Source: Phoronis australis | Taxonomy: Eukaryota > Animalia > Phoronida | Length of the DNA stretch: 54,466 bases | Direction of reading: 5' to 3' | Assembly (NCBI GenBank): GCA_002633005.1 | Contig: NMRA01000265.1 | Location: 246,761 to 301,226 of the forward strand | Shown: positions 23,680 to 36,400 of the stretch, piece after piece | Layout: each line of letters begins with the position of its first letter | Position numbering within the stretch: the stretch's first letter is position 1 | Position numbers and translations under genes: made by a program | The notes under the pieces: generated by a model | Database searches by the model: none | What the model was told of the DNA's origin: nothing | What the model saw: only the letters and a program-made list of their open reading frames with translations

Positions 23680-25218
23680 TACCAGCTGTCCTAGTCTCAG
23701 ATATGAGCACTGTTGTATAAAATTGTAACATTCCATTGTCTGGTCGTATAACATTATGTTCATATGTAAAAAGAAGTTATAAGTTGTCGTAGGAAGAATT
23801 AAATCAAATACTGGAACTGGGAAGTGTCATGGATCGTGACAGGTTTTCATTCCACCCTTTCGTCCGTCCCCCCCNCTCCAATAATATGCTCACATATAAT
23901 GACACTGTGTCTACATTTTGCAATATTTCAGCTTGTCTGTTTTGACCAATAGATGGTGTTTTGGTTAGGTGGGGAAGTACATTGGAAATGAATATAAGTA
24001 TCTATTGGTCAAGACATCTATAGCTTTTTGCTGTAATTCATGAGGTGCAGATTCACCGCCATTAATTTGAGTGCATTATGTGTCTCAGTATTTGATTTTA
24101 TTCATTCCTACAATGGGATGTTTAGTATTGTTAGATAAAGTCCTTTGTACATAAAAGAGGCATAGAAATGGATTTAATAAAATGTTTTACCTTGTTGGAT
24201 TTATGAACTCTTAAAATATCTGGTTTTGCTTTTTTCACATTTCAGCCACAATTTTTACCAGGGAATAATGTATTAGCACTTAGGAGGAATGTTCTGTGCT
24301 GATTTGCCATTACTTTTCATTTATCCATGTAATTTGAGTTATCAAACAAGATGTGTTTCCGTGACTACTGTTGTATAACTTTTAGGTCATTAGATTTACA
24401 TGTTAAGCATTCATTTCAGGAATATTATTTTGCTCCATGTATTCGTAATTACTGTCCCTTCCTTCTGTGTTGATATATTTTTTCTGGTGACTTATGCACA
24501 TTCATGACCATATCCAAATATGTTTTGGTTAAATAATAAGATAGAAATCATTACAGAAAACACGGTATCAGATTTTGTGTCTGCCTCCTTTTTCAGGTAA
24601 TGCAGCAATTTGGATGCCAAATTTATTTGTTAAATGGTCATTCTATTGTACTCTCCATATCTTTCCAGAGGTTTCATTGTTGCCAACTGCCCTGCTTCGT
24701 CCCACGTCTTGCTATGTCATGCTATTTTCTGGCTCTTTGGTTTTGGGGCTTTTATATACAATTTCCACATTCCATTTCACACCAGTGGCATAAGAAGTAC
24801 TGCTAGCGTGCCATGGATAGGGTTTACACAGATATTCCTCCCTTGTGGCATCCTACTTTTTCATGTTGGAATGTTGGCAACTGTGGAGCTTGTGCTAGGT
24901 TTTCCTATGGAAAAACTATACTGTCAGTGTGTCATCTGTAAATATTGCTTTATACTGTAATATTTTGAGCATATAGTTTGGATGTATTTTTCGGAAAAGT
25001 GGAACAATCTTGATTTTGTCTGATAAGAATTTTCGTTGAAGTGAAATGCAAAGGTAAAACTAGTGATTGCGAAATAAGGTAAAATGCACATTTTGGCAAG
25101 GCAGAAATGTACTTCATAAAGTATCTAGCACAACTATCCCCAATCAAAACTTGCTGAAGTTCTATTAGTGCTAATGCAAATGTGACCGGTAGTAGCCAGT
25201 CTTTCACTGTGTCTCATA

Positions 25219-25284
25219 GCATTTTTTGCTGTGGACATGCAGCATTTCTTGCGGTGGACACGCAGCATTTCTTGCTGTGGACAC
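25219..25284. repeat. 23-bp tandem repeat, about 3 copies
   Basis: gcagcatttcttgc(t/g)gtggaca(c/t) repeated. Confidence 0.75.
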
Positions 25285-26435
25285 AATACTTTTCCACTTG
25301 CTGCATTTCCTTTTCACATAGCATTAGATATCGGCTTGGCACTGGTTAGGAATCAAGATCCTTTACATCTGAATGGATCTACAGCAGAACTTCATTCACC
25401 AACATTGTGGTTATTGCGAGCTAACGCTTCCGAGTGCATGCGTTTGTACAGGTGAGACTGTAGTCTTGATGCAGTCTCTATTGGTGCAAGAGTCTGGTGT
25501 GCATTAGGAAATCAAGGCCAGTTGGTCTTTTTTCTACCTTTTTAAGCTATGATCCGATTTGTTGGTATACTTTAACATTTCAAATTTTCTGATTCAAATA
25601 TTTTCTCAGTTGCTGCTCAATCATTTCATATGTCTGCTGTTCCTTTTTGGGATAACAGTAATGAGATATGAAAACAGAACTAAAGTTACTCAAACCGAAG
25701 TGTTCTGCTTGAGTGGCAGTGATGTCTCGAAGCGATTGTCACAACGCTCTTTTTTTATCAGCTGAATTAAAGCTCTAGCTTTGGCCACGTTTTATATGTT
25801 CATCTGATTTAATTGCACCTCTTGACCTCATCCTTCATTAAACAGAGATGTGCTCTAGATTCTAAGATTGGATTTGAGACCAGTTGAGCTGTTGTTTAGC
25901 TGGAGCCTTTATGAATTTTTGAGTCACCCATTCTTCGAAACGAGCAGTGTTTTAGCCTCTTGACAAATTGCATGTACCCACATATGGTAGACTGATTATT
26001 TTCTGAGAGCACTGCAGTATGTCCCATGCAGCTAACGGGCTGATTAAGCGGGTACTTACTAATGTGTCAGAGGTAGTTTATGTGGGTGAAAGACTGGCGT
26101 ATAGATCCTGAAATTGCAACTGAAGATTTTTGTATGTGTGCATTCTACATTTAATGGTTACTGCACTTTTTAATGGTGCGGTGCTTACGTTCGCTTTTTT
26201 ATAATAAACAGACTATTATTATAGTACAATGTATTGAGTTTCACGTACTTTTGCACCAATGGTGTATTGTAGCGTAGCATAAAAGCAGTGGGAAAGGACC
26301 TCGGCATCTGGAATGGAAGTGTACGTTTACATACTGTGTATTTAGGTCCATTTACTTTTGTCCAGAATGTGGACAGCCATGCAACACAAGAGATAGATTT
26401 GATTTATAATTTCTTATCTAGCATATGCAGGCTGA

Positions 26436-26583
26436 AAAGCAGGAAAATTTGGCACTGTAGTCTCCAAAGCAGGGAAATTTGGCACTGTAGTCTCCAAAGC
26501 AGGGAAATTTGGCACTGTAGTCTCCAAAGCAGGGAAATTTGGCACTGTAGTCTCCAAAGCAGGGAAATTTAGCACTGTAATCT
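26436..26583. repeat. 30-bp minisatellite, about 5 copies
   Basis: aaagcagggaaatttggcactgtagtctcc starting at 26436, 26466, 26496, 26526 and 26556; the middle copies are identical. Confidence 0.95.
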
Positions 26584-27536
26584 TGAACATGTATCTGCAT
26601 GCCCTGAACTGTGTTAATGATATTGCTGGAACTAAACGGCAGTGCTACTTTAACATCATCTATGCTGAACAAGGTGCAGTTGTATTCATTGACAACTTGT
26701 AAATGTGAAAACAAACATTTTGCAAATAGGTCACGTTACGGGCTCACAAACCCACGTCATGTAGTGTTATTCCCCAGCACTATGTCACGAGACTTACTGG
26801 ACACGATGCTGTGATTTGCAGAGGATCATTTTCACCACAAAACTCATTCTTAAAAACATCTGGCAATTTTCCACCTAGGGCACTTCATATTCACATCGTC
26901 CCTATGTTTTTTAATAATTTGGCCAAGTAATCACAGAGATAAGGAATTAGCCTGCAATGCACCTTAAATTTAGGACATTGTATAGTGGAGATGGAATTTT
27001 ACATGTGGATGAGGTGCGCGTCCCAGATATGAAACAAGTCCCTCACCATTCGATCTGGACAACACTCAGTTTTGCTTTCAACAATCACCAGGTGGCGAGA
27101 TCGTCTCATTCACTGGTTGGTTCACCTAGCACCGCCAAACATTGTGGAAATCACCGTTTCGCAAGTTGGCTATAGAGTTCGACCTGGCCAATGTTAAAAA
27201 GATTACTTTATATTTTTGTAGACTAAAATACTCATAAGGTTACATGGGCAACAAGCCTGACCAGATCTCCCCCAATCACCCATTTTTATTTTATAAAATT
27301 AATGCAACGTGTTGTTTGCATACAAGTATGGTAAATGCAAATTGTTCTCTAGTGGCCATCCCAGAGTTCAAAGCAACTAAAATTTTTGTCCCAGAGGTAA
27401 GAAAGCGCATTGTTTTCATTGGCTTCATTTCGAAATGTGAGGCAAATTTTCACTGGTTATGTTAGAAACCGCAATTAATATCGAACATCCACTGATGTTT
27501 GTCAGTCCAGTTGGAGTTGCTTCCTACAGCTCAGCA

Positions 27537-30400
27537 CTAATGCTTTGCTGGCAATAAAAGGATGAAGGTTACTGCACCCAGGAATACGACGATAACAAGT
27601 AACATCTGGAATTCCACCGACAACAAAACAAGGCAACAAAAATGCCAGGCGGATATAGCGCCACTGTGTAATCTGGAACGTTCCTATACGAACTATGTTC
27701 ACTGTAACTGAAAGCAATCACGCCACTTTTTCACGTGGATAACTAAGTGATGACCAAGACTGGTTATTGGCAACAGGTCCATACAGCTTACCGTTGGAAT
27801 GTTGCAAGATAGTCGCTCACAGGTAATTGAAATTCAACTCCTGTCCAGTTGACAGGAAGAGAAACTTTTGTGGAATTTTCTGATGTACAGTTAGGGGAAT
27901 GTAGTCCTAACAGAGTGTTATTTGTTTTTCGCCAGGACAAATCTGTAAAAAACAAAATGCGGTTGGATTGGACTACTAACCAACATAAATCGAAAGGCTC
28001 CAACTTTTAAGTTCTAGAGGTTTATTCTGAAAGTAATAGAACATATGCTCTGATAGAATGCCAGTAATCTCATAATAAAAGAATTCTGTTCTAAAAATCA
28101 CACCACACAAACATATGTTCAACGTAATCCTGCTCCTTAACACTAACAATCATCACTTCATAATTACCACACAATGTGCCACAAATTTACACGCTGCAAT
28201 ACTAAATTTACAGAGCTGAAATGGAAAACTTAAACATGTAGTGTGACTGTATTCATTCTTATATTCCAGTAATAATAATTAACAAATTGACCACAATATA
28301 TATATAAGATCTACTGTGTTCATGATTAGACAAAACATCCAAGTCAGGGCCCTCGTTCAACTGAGGGGAAAGATTCCTTCCAACCCTCGCAGTTAACAAA
28401 ACATTCTGAACGTGATAATCTGTATGAGTAAAAGTGAATTTTTTAATCACTTGAGGTGAATTTTGGACCTGACAAGAAGAATTTCAATTGATTTTAAAAT
28501 ACCTTTGGAGGAGAATGGGGATGATATTCGGCCCAAAATCGAGGGCCCTGGAAGTGCATATTTCCAAAATGTACATCAACTATCAGACACCAATTGGCAA
28601 ATCGACTCATTGCCTGCTAACAATAGAATATGGCATTACCTTAGCTATCACATTGACTAGTACAAAGACTCAAAGTACCACCCTGCAACTTCTCAGTCAA
28701 TATTGAAATAAAGAGTGAGGTGTGAAAAGAACACAGTAATGGTGGACCAAATTCTATACACAGATCAATGATACAGTTAACAACTTGTGTGCATAGAGTC
28801 TACAACCATGTCAACTAAATGCCTATAAAGGACAGCGTAAACCTACAATAGTTACAGCAACAAGGCTGCACACACAGATGCCACGGTGGCGATAGCAAGG
28901 CTAACGACGGAAGCACGTATGTATTCGCTGGTGTTGCACAGGTCACTGCCACACTTGCACTTTCTAGTGTATCCTTCACCGGCTTCGCGGTACTCGCAAT
29001 CCTCTAGATCAGGTTTGTCTTTACCAAAGAGTGGTTTCACTGCACCGCACAGACGAGATGTGATATTATATGCTGAAAAAACATTCGCAGAAATTGAAAC
29101 GAGAATGGAGGTGTAGTGAAATTTCGTAGCTTAAAATGACATACCCACCCAAAGTTATGTCACTTTTAACACAGCATAATCAAGAGCTAAAAAGTGATTA
29201 CCAGTTTGTCCAGGTAAAAGGTGGTGACAGCATTCAGGGCCCTACGTAACTTCTAGAGAGATGACAGAGCATGAGATACCCCACCAATTGTCAATTTAGT
29301 GGAGCAGAGGGAGAAAAGGTTGAGCAAGGAAAGAAATACTTGGGAAAACGGTGCCTTTCAAATAAGTTTTCAAATTTGAAAAATTTGCAGAAACAGATTT
29401 TTGTTCCTTTGTAATAAATTTGCACAATGCATAATTGTAGGTCATTTTGCCATTATGGATTTTATCGCATTTTCTTCATGAAAAAATAAGACGTATACAA
29501 GGAGATGAACATCACATAAGTTCATCGTAACCAATAGCATCGGAGTGTTTTAGTTTCGTGCCACAATACTCACAATTCTTACTAATCCAGTTCAGTTCAA
29601 AAGTGCTAGATGTTCACAGACCAGGACTGTCGTGAATTAGATTTAAACAAAAATAGCAGGCTTACTCTCTGGCACAGTGCCCGATTTTTCTGTGTTTAGT
29701 TGATATATTTCACTGTTGACAAACGTCAGCCCGTGAGATATTGGCGAAATGGCTGTACACGTTATACGCAAGGTACGGTTTCTTTGGTTCCAAAAGGGAT
29801 CTTTTCTCAATATTTTATCATTTAAATGGAACCCAGTAATTTACATAGTATCAGCATCTATATATATAAGAACAAAATTGAAATGGAAAGTTTTGCCACG
29901 CCAAACTGCATGCCACAGCCTGCCTTTAAGTCCTGCAAGTGAAAGGTGATTTAAGTCTGCCAAAGGCAATTCTTGACATGAACAGGTCAGAATCTCCGAA
30001 TGTTACTTGTGCAGTTAATGAATAAGAAAACATGCTACATGGCCCTTTCTCAGTGACAAAATTAACAGGCGGGAAATATACCCTTACCACAGAGCCTGAA
30101 CTCCAACAACAGCCAGGCACCACGGCTGTAGATCAGTTCTCAGGTACCAGTGCATATTGACAGAGACATATCACATGGACTTTAAAATTAACAATTCTAC
30201 TATCAATTACTTGTTATAAAACAACAGGTTATAAATGCTCAACACTCATGTGAATTCCGCCATTGTCCTTTTTGCGGATAACGAGACACATCATATAAAG
30301 GATTGTGGGATAGCCGTTTTCTCGAGTAGCACCACCACTCACAAACATTAATTGAGTTCACTTCAAGTTTTAGAAGCATTTCAAGCAATCAAGTTAGGTC
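27537..30400 (-). pseudogene. Degraded exons of a putative N-glycosylated, possibly Ig-like, membrane protein gene interleaved with gene B
   Basis: Exon-like blocks bounded by AG/GT: 29857-29666 (192 nt, phase 1-1, one TAA; ..PFWNQRNRTLRITCTAISP.., donor gtaagc) and 27942-27792 (LSWRKTNNTLLGLHSPNCTSENSTKVSLPVNWTGVEFQLPVSDYLATFQ, four N-glycosylation sequons, donor gtaagc). After an 84-nt intron, 27707-27537 contains a frameshifted TM-like MLLVIVVFLGAVTFILLLP. Weaker blocks at ~30180-29926 and ~30330-30245. Confidence 0.45.
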
Positions 30401-33400
30401 TGGAGTGCCTCTCACACTGTCATGCTAGCAGTGGAGTTCAATTCATTTTCTTACAGGCCTAAAAAGTTGTGGGCTTCCAAGAGTTCAGCTTAGTTTGTGG
30501 AGCACCACCATTAGGACCTCAAGTCATGAACTTTTAACTGGAAGCAAATATCAGCTTCTTATCATGAGTCATTGTGTGCTGAGGAAAGGTAATGTTCTGA
30601 TAATTCATGAGCTTGAACTCGTTACATGTCCAAAAGACTGGAACTGACCGTAATAAAATACCATGAGCTCGTATTTCAGTTGAGACTACAGCGTAATTTG
30701 TGCAGTGTTCTCCACAACAGAAAAATTCAAACTCCACTAGAACTGCAAAATTGATGTTGGCTGCTTGAAACTTTATGTCCATACAGCGAGGAGTTTGTGA
30801 CATAAGCAATAAATTTATGCATTCAATTGCTACCAAAAATCCAAAATGTCCTAATTTGCTCGTGACTAATCTCCCAATACTTGAAATCCAATGGATGGGA
30901 TTTTAAATCAGATACAAGCAAGCCAAACTCCTCATAACAAAATTCAGACTTGACCTACCAACGAGTCACAGCAGGTTGTGGATAACACTGATTGTCTTGT
31001 CAATGTTTAAACCAAGTAGCCAAAAACATAGACATGGAGAAATCCATATTTAGTTGTACAGTTAGGACATTTACTACAACACTATTTGTTCCTTCACGAC
31101 TGTAATCAATTGAACAGTAAATCATTACACAATATTTAATTATTTAGTCATTTGTCATAGACAAGTTATTCCAGCACTTGAATGGAATGCCATGTCAGCA
31201 GGAAGTATCCCGCTGTAGTCCGGGTTGGTTAATAAGGAGACAACCCCTGTCCAACTTCATTTATTTTGTGGAGACCCCTCCAACCAAATCTAATTCTGGG
31301 CACAGCCTTGTCCCCAAGCCTTAAGATGGCGCTGATCACTTTAGCCATTTGAGGCTTGGGAGAATTACTTTCTGCACAATGATTGGCCGCTCCCTTGATG
31401 TCATTAAAACAAAGGCAGATTTTAATTATGTTCACACGCATTGTTGCTGCCATTCATGAAGCAGAAGGCATGGATTTGGTTATTGTTTGAAATAAAGGTT
31501 GTTCTTGTTCGCATATGTATTTTCATTACTTTTTTGTTAATAGTATCTTCTATCTATTCATTATTGAAGCCCATCAGCTCTTACTGTTTTCCATGACTGC
31601 CCTCAGTAAAAACACGCAAAGACAGTATGACAAACAAACAGAATTACAAAATGAAAGACAAGATCTAAATAATCAATGACGAATAAGAAACTAACATGGA
31701 AAGACTGGTGAAACAAAATAAATAACAAAAATAATAAACAGAAGATACTAAAAGTAAGACAATATGATTAACTAAAAATATCTATTAAAAATGCATCGTT
31801 TGCACAAACTCCGTCTCCCCACCTCACTACAGACCTTCGCTGCCCCCATTTCGGCACTGCCTTGGTCCCAGGTATTGCACCGGGCCCCTATTTGGATTCA
31901 AAGTGTTCTTTTTTTTTTCTCACAGGCCGTTTTTTCGCGGACGCAGAGGGAGGGTGGCGAGCTTTGTGCTGGCCTTGGTGACGTCAGTTCGTCGGCTTAA
32001 TTTCACTCCCTCCGGCTTCTGTCACATATATAATTCATCGGGCCTGTCGCCGCCAAACTTAATGATGCCTCATTAAAAAATTCTTACTCTTCCTTGAGTT
32101 AATTAAATTATTTACCCTGCTGTTGGAAAATTGGCATTCTTCAGTTACCGGTAGTCTGCTAAATTTGCGATGCGCTCTTTGGGCGCCAATGCATCACCTA
32201 TTGGCCAATTTCCATGTTATTCAATCAAATGTGAGGTTGTGAACAAGTCATTACAATCGCAAATGATTTCATTTCATTACAAGTTTTTACTATTTTATTA
32301 TCAGAAAACCTAATTTCAGAAAAAACTCTCGAGATATTGCAAAATTTTCGGAAATACAGCGTACGTGCGTGTGTCACAAGTATGCACTGTTTTCAAAACA
32401 ACCACAGATTTTCCTTAGGTACAAAAGGTGGAGAATTACGAAAAATACTTTTATTAGATAATCTTTTTACTTCTATAAACGGCTGTAACGGGCAAGGTGA
32501 ATGTTGGTTCATTCCCAGATTCTGTATTCCCCCTGTAGGTTTTAGCTCTAAGTTTCACGAGGTGACAAGCTGAGCACCGGGGTTGTGCGAAATTTCGGTG
32601 TCTTAACAGTGAGCTCTACGCACAGCTATCTAGCTGTATGTTGACGACAGTCTTCATACAGCTAGCTGGCTTTCTACCTCAGTATGTACATTTATGATGC
32701 AACTTTTGTAAATACATCTACATATTTTGTGCACTATACAGTATTTTAAATGCATTCTTAGTTTTCACTTTAATTAATATCTGATTACTGTACTTTGTGT
32801 TACGGCAGTGTAAAATGTTCTGGAAAGAACTTTGTACTGCCTGGAGAAAGTATCCCACAGCCGCACACCTTGCCTACTGAAAGCTGACAGCTGAAATTCT
32901 GCTTGAAGCTTTGAACACGGCTTTTCAAGAAGTATTCTTGTCTCTTGTGCTGAACACTAATGTTCACCCTGAGGAGTATCTACATGCATTTCCCTCGGCG
33001 TTTCCCACTAGCTGCTACTCATGTGAAAGTAACAGCTAGTAAATATTCAATAAATAAAAAATAAACAATAATTGATATTGAATGCAAGTTTGCTACACAA
33101 ACATTCATCATAAAGAAATTAACCTCTTCTCGAATCATAATACATCATTTTTGCAATAATTTAGACCTAAAGTGCTGCTGCAATATATCATTCGTTTTCA
33201 TTTTTTATATTTTACTGCAGAAAATATCACAGTTATATCACTCGTGATATTCAGGCAATGTCCGTAAAAATGTGTTAGAATTCCAACACATTTGATTTCT
33301 CATAACCAAGCCCCACCAATCAGCGCCATCTTGAGTCTTGGGATAAGGCTGATTCCTGGCATAGCTCGTTTTCTTTTTACCTCAAATTAAGCGTTTTCAT

Positions 33401-36400
33401 CTCTGTATGGAATCACAAACCAGTTATACATTGAGACTCACTGTCAGACGCCCTTTATGCAAACCATAATGTACTCGAGCATGGAACAAGTCAGATATAA
33501 ATATGTAAAATTTGCTCAAAAAATATATCACAAAATAATAGGAGTTACGAGTAGAGTTCCGAGATTAAAATCAGACTCAGCTCAGAGAAAGAAAAGTTAC
33601 TCACTAGCAACATTCTCGCCTCCAATCACTTTAGTTTGGACCGTGACATACTTGAAGCAGGCATTCTCCTCAGGGCGACATGTCACCTTCGGCACGCTGT
33701 CAACATCCCCACTCTCATCACCACAGTTGGGATGATAATCAGTCGCATTAACCACAGTGCTGCAGGAGAAGCAGCGAAGGACATCAGTCTTACTGTCCGT
33801 ATCAGCAGCGCCTGGCAAGACACAACATTTTCAAAGTACAGATAACCCTGAAGAATATCAAATACCTCAGCAGAAATGGCTGATCACGTTCAAATGAAAC
33901 TTTCAGATAATGTAGTTTTTCAAAGGAATCGTAAAATGTTCCACCATCAATAATATGGACTTCCAGGACTTTTGAAACTCAATGATTGCATAAATATAAA
34001 AAGAAAAATTTAGAAACCTATAATAGCATGTTTGAGATTTCATCTTGCCGAACATTTCCAGCATATTTGTTGGCATCTCAACAAGTGCGACCTGTTTACA
34101 TTTTCAGTTATAGAGAACCCTGCTGAGCATGAAAATCAAATAAATTTGGTGAATGTATTTTTGATATTCTTGTTTTGCTGTGACTGTGCCTTCTTTTTGC
34201 AAAGTTTTATTAAAAAGACATAGTGGCCATACCCAAAATGATGGCAGATTGGAAATAGTAAAAGATCAAATTTCAGACTTTCTTTTTTCAGAAAATGTTT
34301 TTCTTGATAAATCCAGGTTCATTGATATGGCCCCATAACAGGTTAATTTAACGCAACTCCATGCTTAGCCTAGCAGACATTTGACCATCATGTACAAATG
34401 TTGCCGCATGCTTGCCACAATTGGAAATAGGACTTTTTCAATTGGGAACAAACAAATGTTACAAGTGAGTGGGTCAAGTGACTTGAACAGTAATTCTTTG
34501 TTCATTTAGCACACACTACGATCTACAAGTAAAATTCATTTTGGTCAAATTTCTCCACAAAATAAAGATTTAATGAATGTTAGTCTACAGCTTGGATCAG
34601 TCCCTGGTTCAGTTGCTCAAATCGTCCACTCGCCATTTTTAACACTGCGCGCACCAGGAGATATGACGTCATACCACCTGGTGTGCACAGTGTTCAAAAT
34701 GGTCGGTAGCCCAAGTCGGCAAAGACTGCTCGAAGAAAAAATTTGATTACGCACGCCAGTGGATATGACATCATGCCATTTGGGCAACTGAACGACAGAC
34801 AGCTCGAAAAAAAAGTTTGATAACAGCAGTTGAAAGGATTTAAAGAAATCAACAGTAAAAGTCTAGATGCCAGGTCCCAATTCAATCCTCTGTCTCTCTT
34901 ACAAAAATGATCACACAATCGATTCATCTCAGTCCACTCTTTATTCCTAAGGATAGAATTACTTCTATTTAAGCTTTCATTTTCCAAAAATTCAACACCA
35001 AACTTCACATACATGACAGTGTAGAAATCTCTCGTTCTTTCACAGAACCCACTGAAATACAGGTGCGATGACAAGGACACTTAGCGTCGAAATCCGTAAA
35101 CTAGTACCGGACAAATACGAATTTGTGACTGTTAAGTCATATACATGAGATACGTATATTTATTATTTATTGCCTTCACGGATCTCTGCAGCGGGAACTT
35201 GGATATTTTATTTACTCACATCATTTTCCTGCTGCATGAACCCTCATGAACTGAAGAAATACAACGCTAGATGTCGTTGATGCAGCTAATGCATGGAAAA
35301 ATGGCCGCATACAAAAGAGAGATATCTAGTCTGTTACTTATACCACGTTTGTGGGCAAATTTTTGGAAAGTGAAAGCTTGAATCAAAATAATTTTAGCAT
35401 GGGAGTAAAGAGTGGACAGTGACAAATCGATTATAAGAAATACATCATCCATGTGTGATCATTTTTGTAGGAGGAATGAAGGATTGAATAGGGACCAGGC
35501 AACTAGACTTTTTGTTTACGGTCTCCTAAGCCAAGGTGTCCCTCTATGGCTATGCGCCAAACAACGTAGCCTTGGTATAAAGCTGTATACTAAATATGGG
35601 TAAAAAAGTGGTAAGATAAAATCTGACACAAAATTAGTATCAGTAAAAACTAGTCTTCCTTGAGTAAACTAAATTATTTAACGGCGTTGGAAACAAGAGC
35701 AACGCGGAGCGTTGAAATGCGCCCACAATTGCACCGCATACGGTATCCTTCTAGGGTTGTTTATTGGTACCATAAAGTGGCCAGTAGAGGGCATACTTTG
35801 CAAAATGGAAAGGCATGGTCATTGTCTCCTCAATAGGCTAGGGGCAAAATGTGAGTAATCTTCATAATACAAGCACATCCTATACACCAGTTGCTTAAAG
35901 CACCACAGAAACAAAGAATTAAAAACAAATTTACCAACATACGAGATTAGCACAGCATTAGAATGCCAGAAACAAATTTCTACTTGGAACTTTTCCTTCA
36001 CAGTCACGAAGTAACACAAAGTATACACCTGAAGACCTATGAAAATACAGAGGTCAATGTAAAATACTAAAATTGCCACTAGAGGCAAATACTAAAATTG
36101 CCACTAGAGGCATACCGGTAATCAGAATCATCCTAAAGTCGTCATCGTCCGTTGTCAACATCACATAAATACACTTGCTAAATTTAGTAAAGATCCTGCA
36201 AACGGTTTGGGAGATACAGCCATGGGCGCAAAAAAACAAAACTGCCACTAGGAGGCGCCACAGTAGTCCAAATCGTCTGAAAATCATTGTCAGCTGTCTT
36301 CCTTATAGTAAGCACATACACGCCAATTTTCACAATCATCCTTTGAGCGGTTTGGTTGATAGAGGGGTGGACGCAAAAATACAGACTCGAAAACAGTAAA

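Noticed and set aside
24950-25207. Signal-peptide-like ORF (KDWLLPVTFALALIELQQ..) as a fifth Ly6 gene
   Set aside because: No LU cysteine pattern and no convincing splice partners; may be UTR or decayed sequence.
26436-26583. 30-bp repeats as a CRISPR array, or as the coding repeat WHCSLQSREI / GDYSAKFPCF
   Set aside because: Head-to-tail with no spacers, in a eukaryotic context; the ORFs stay open only because the unit is a stop-free multiple of 3.
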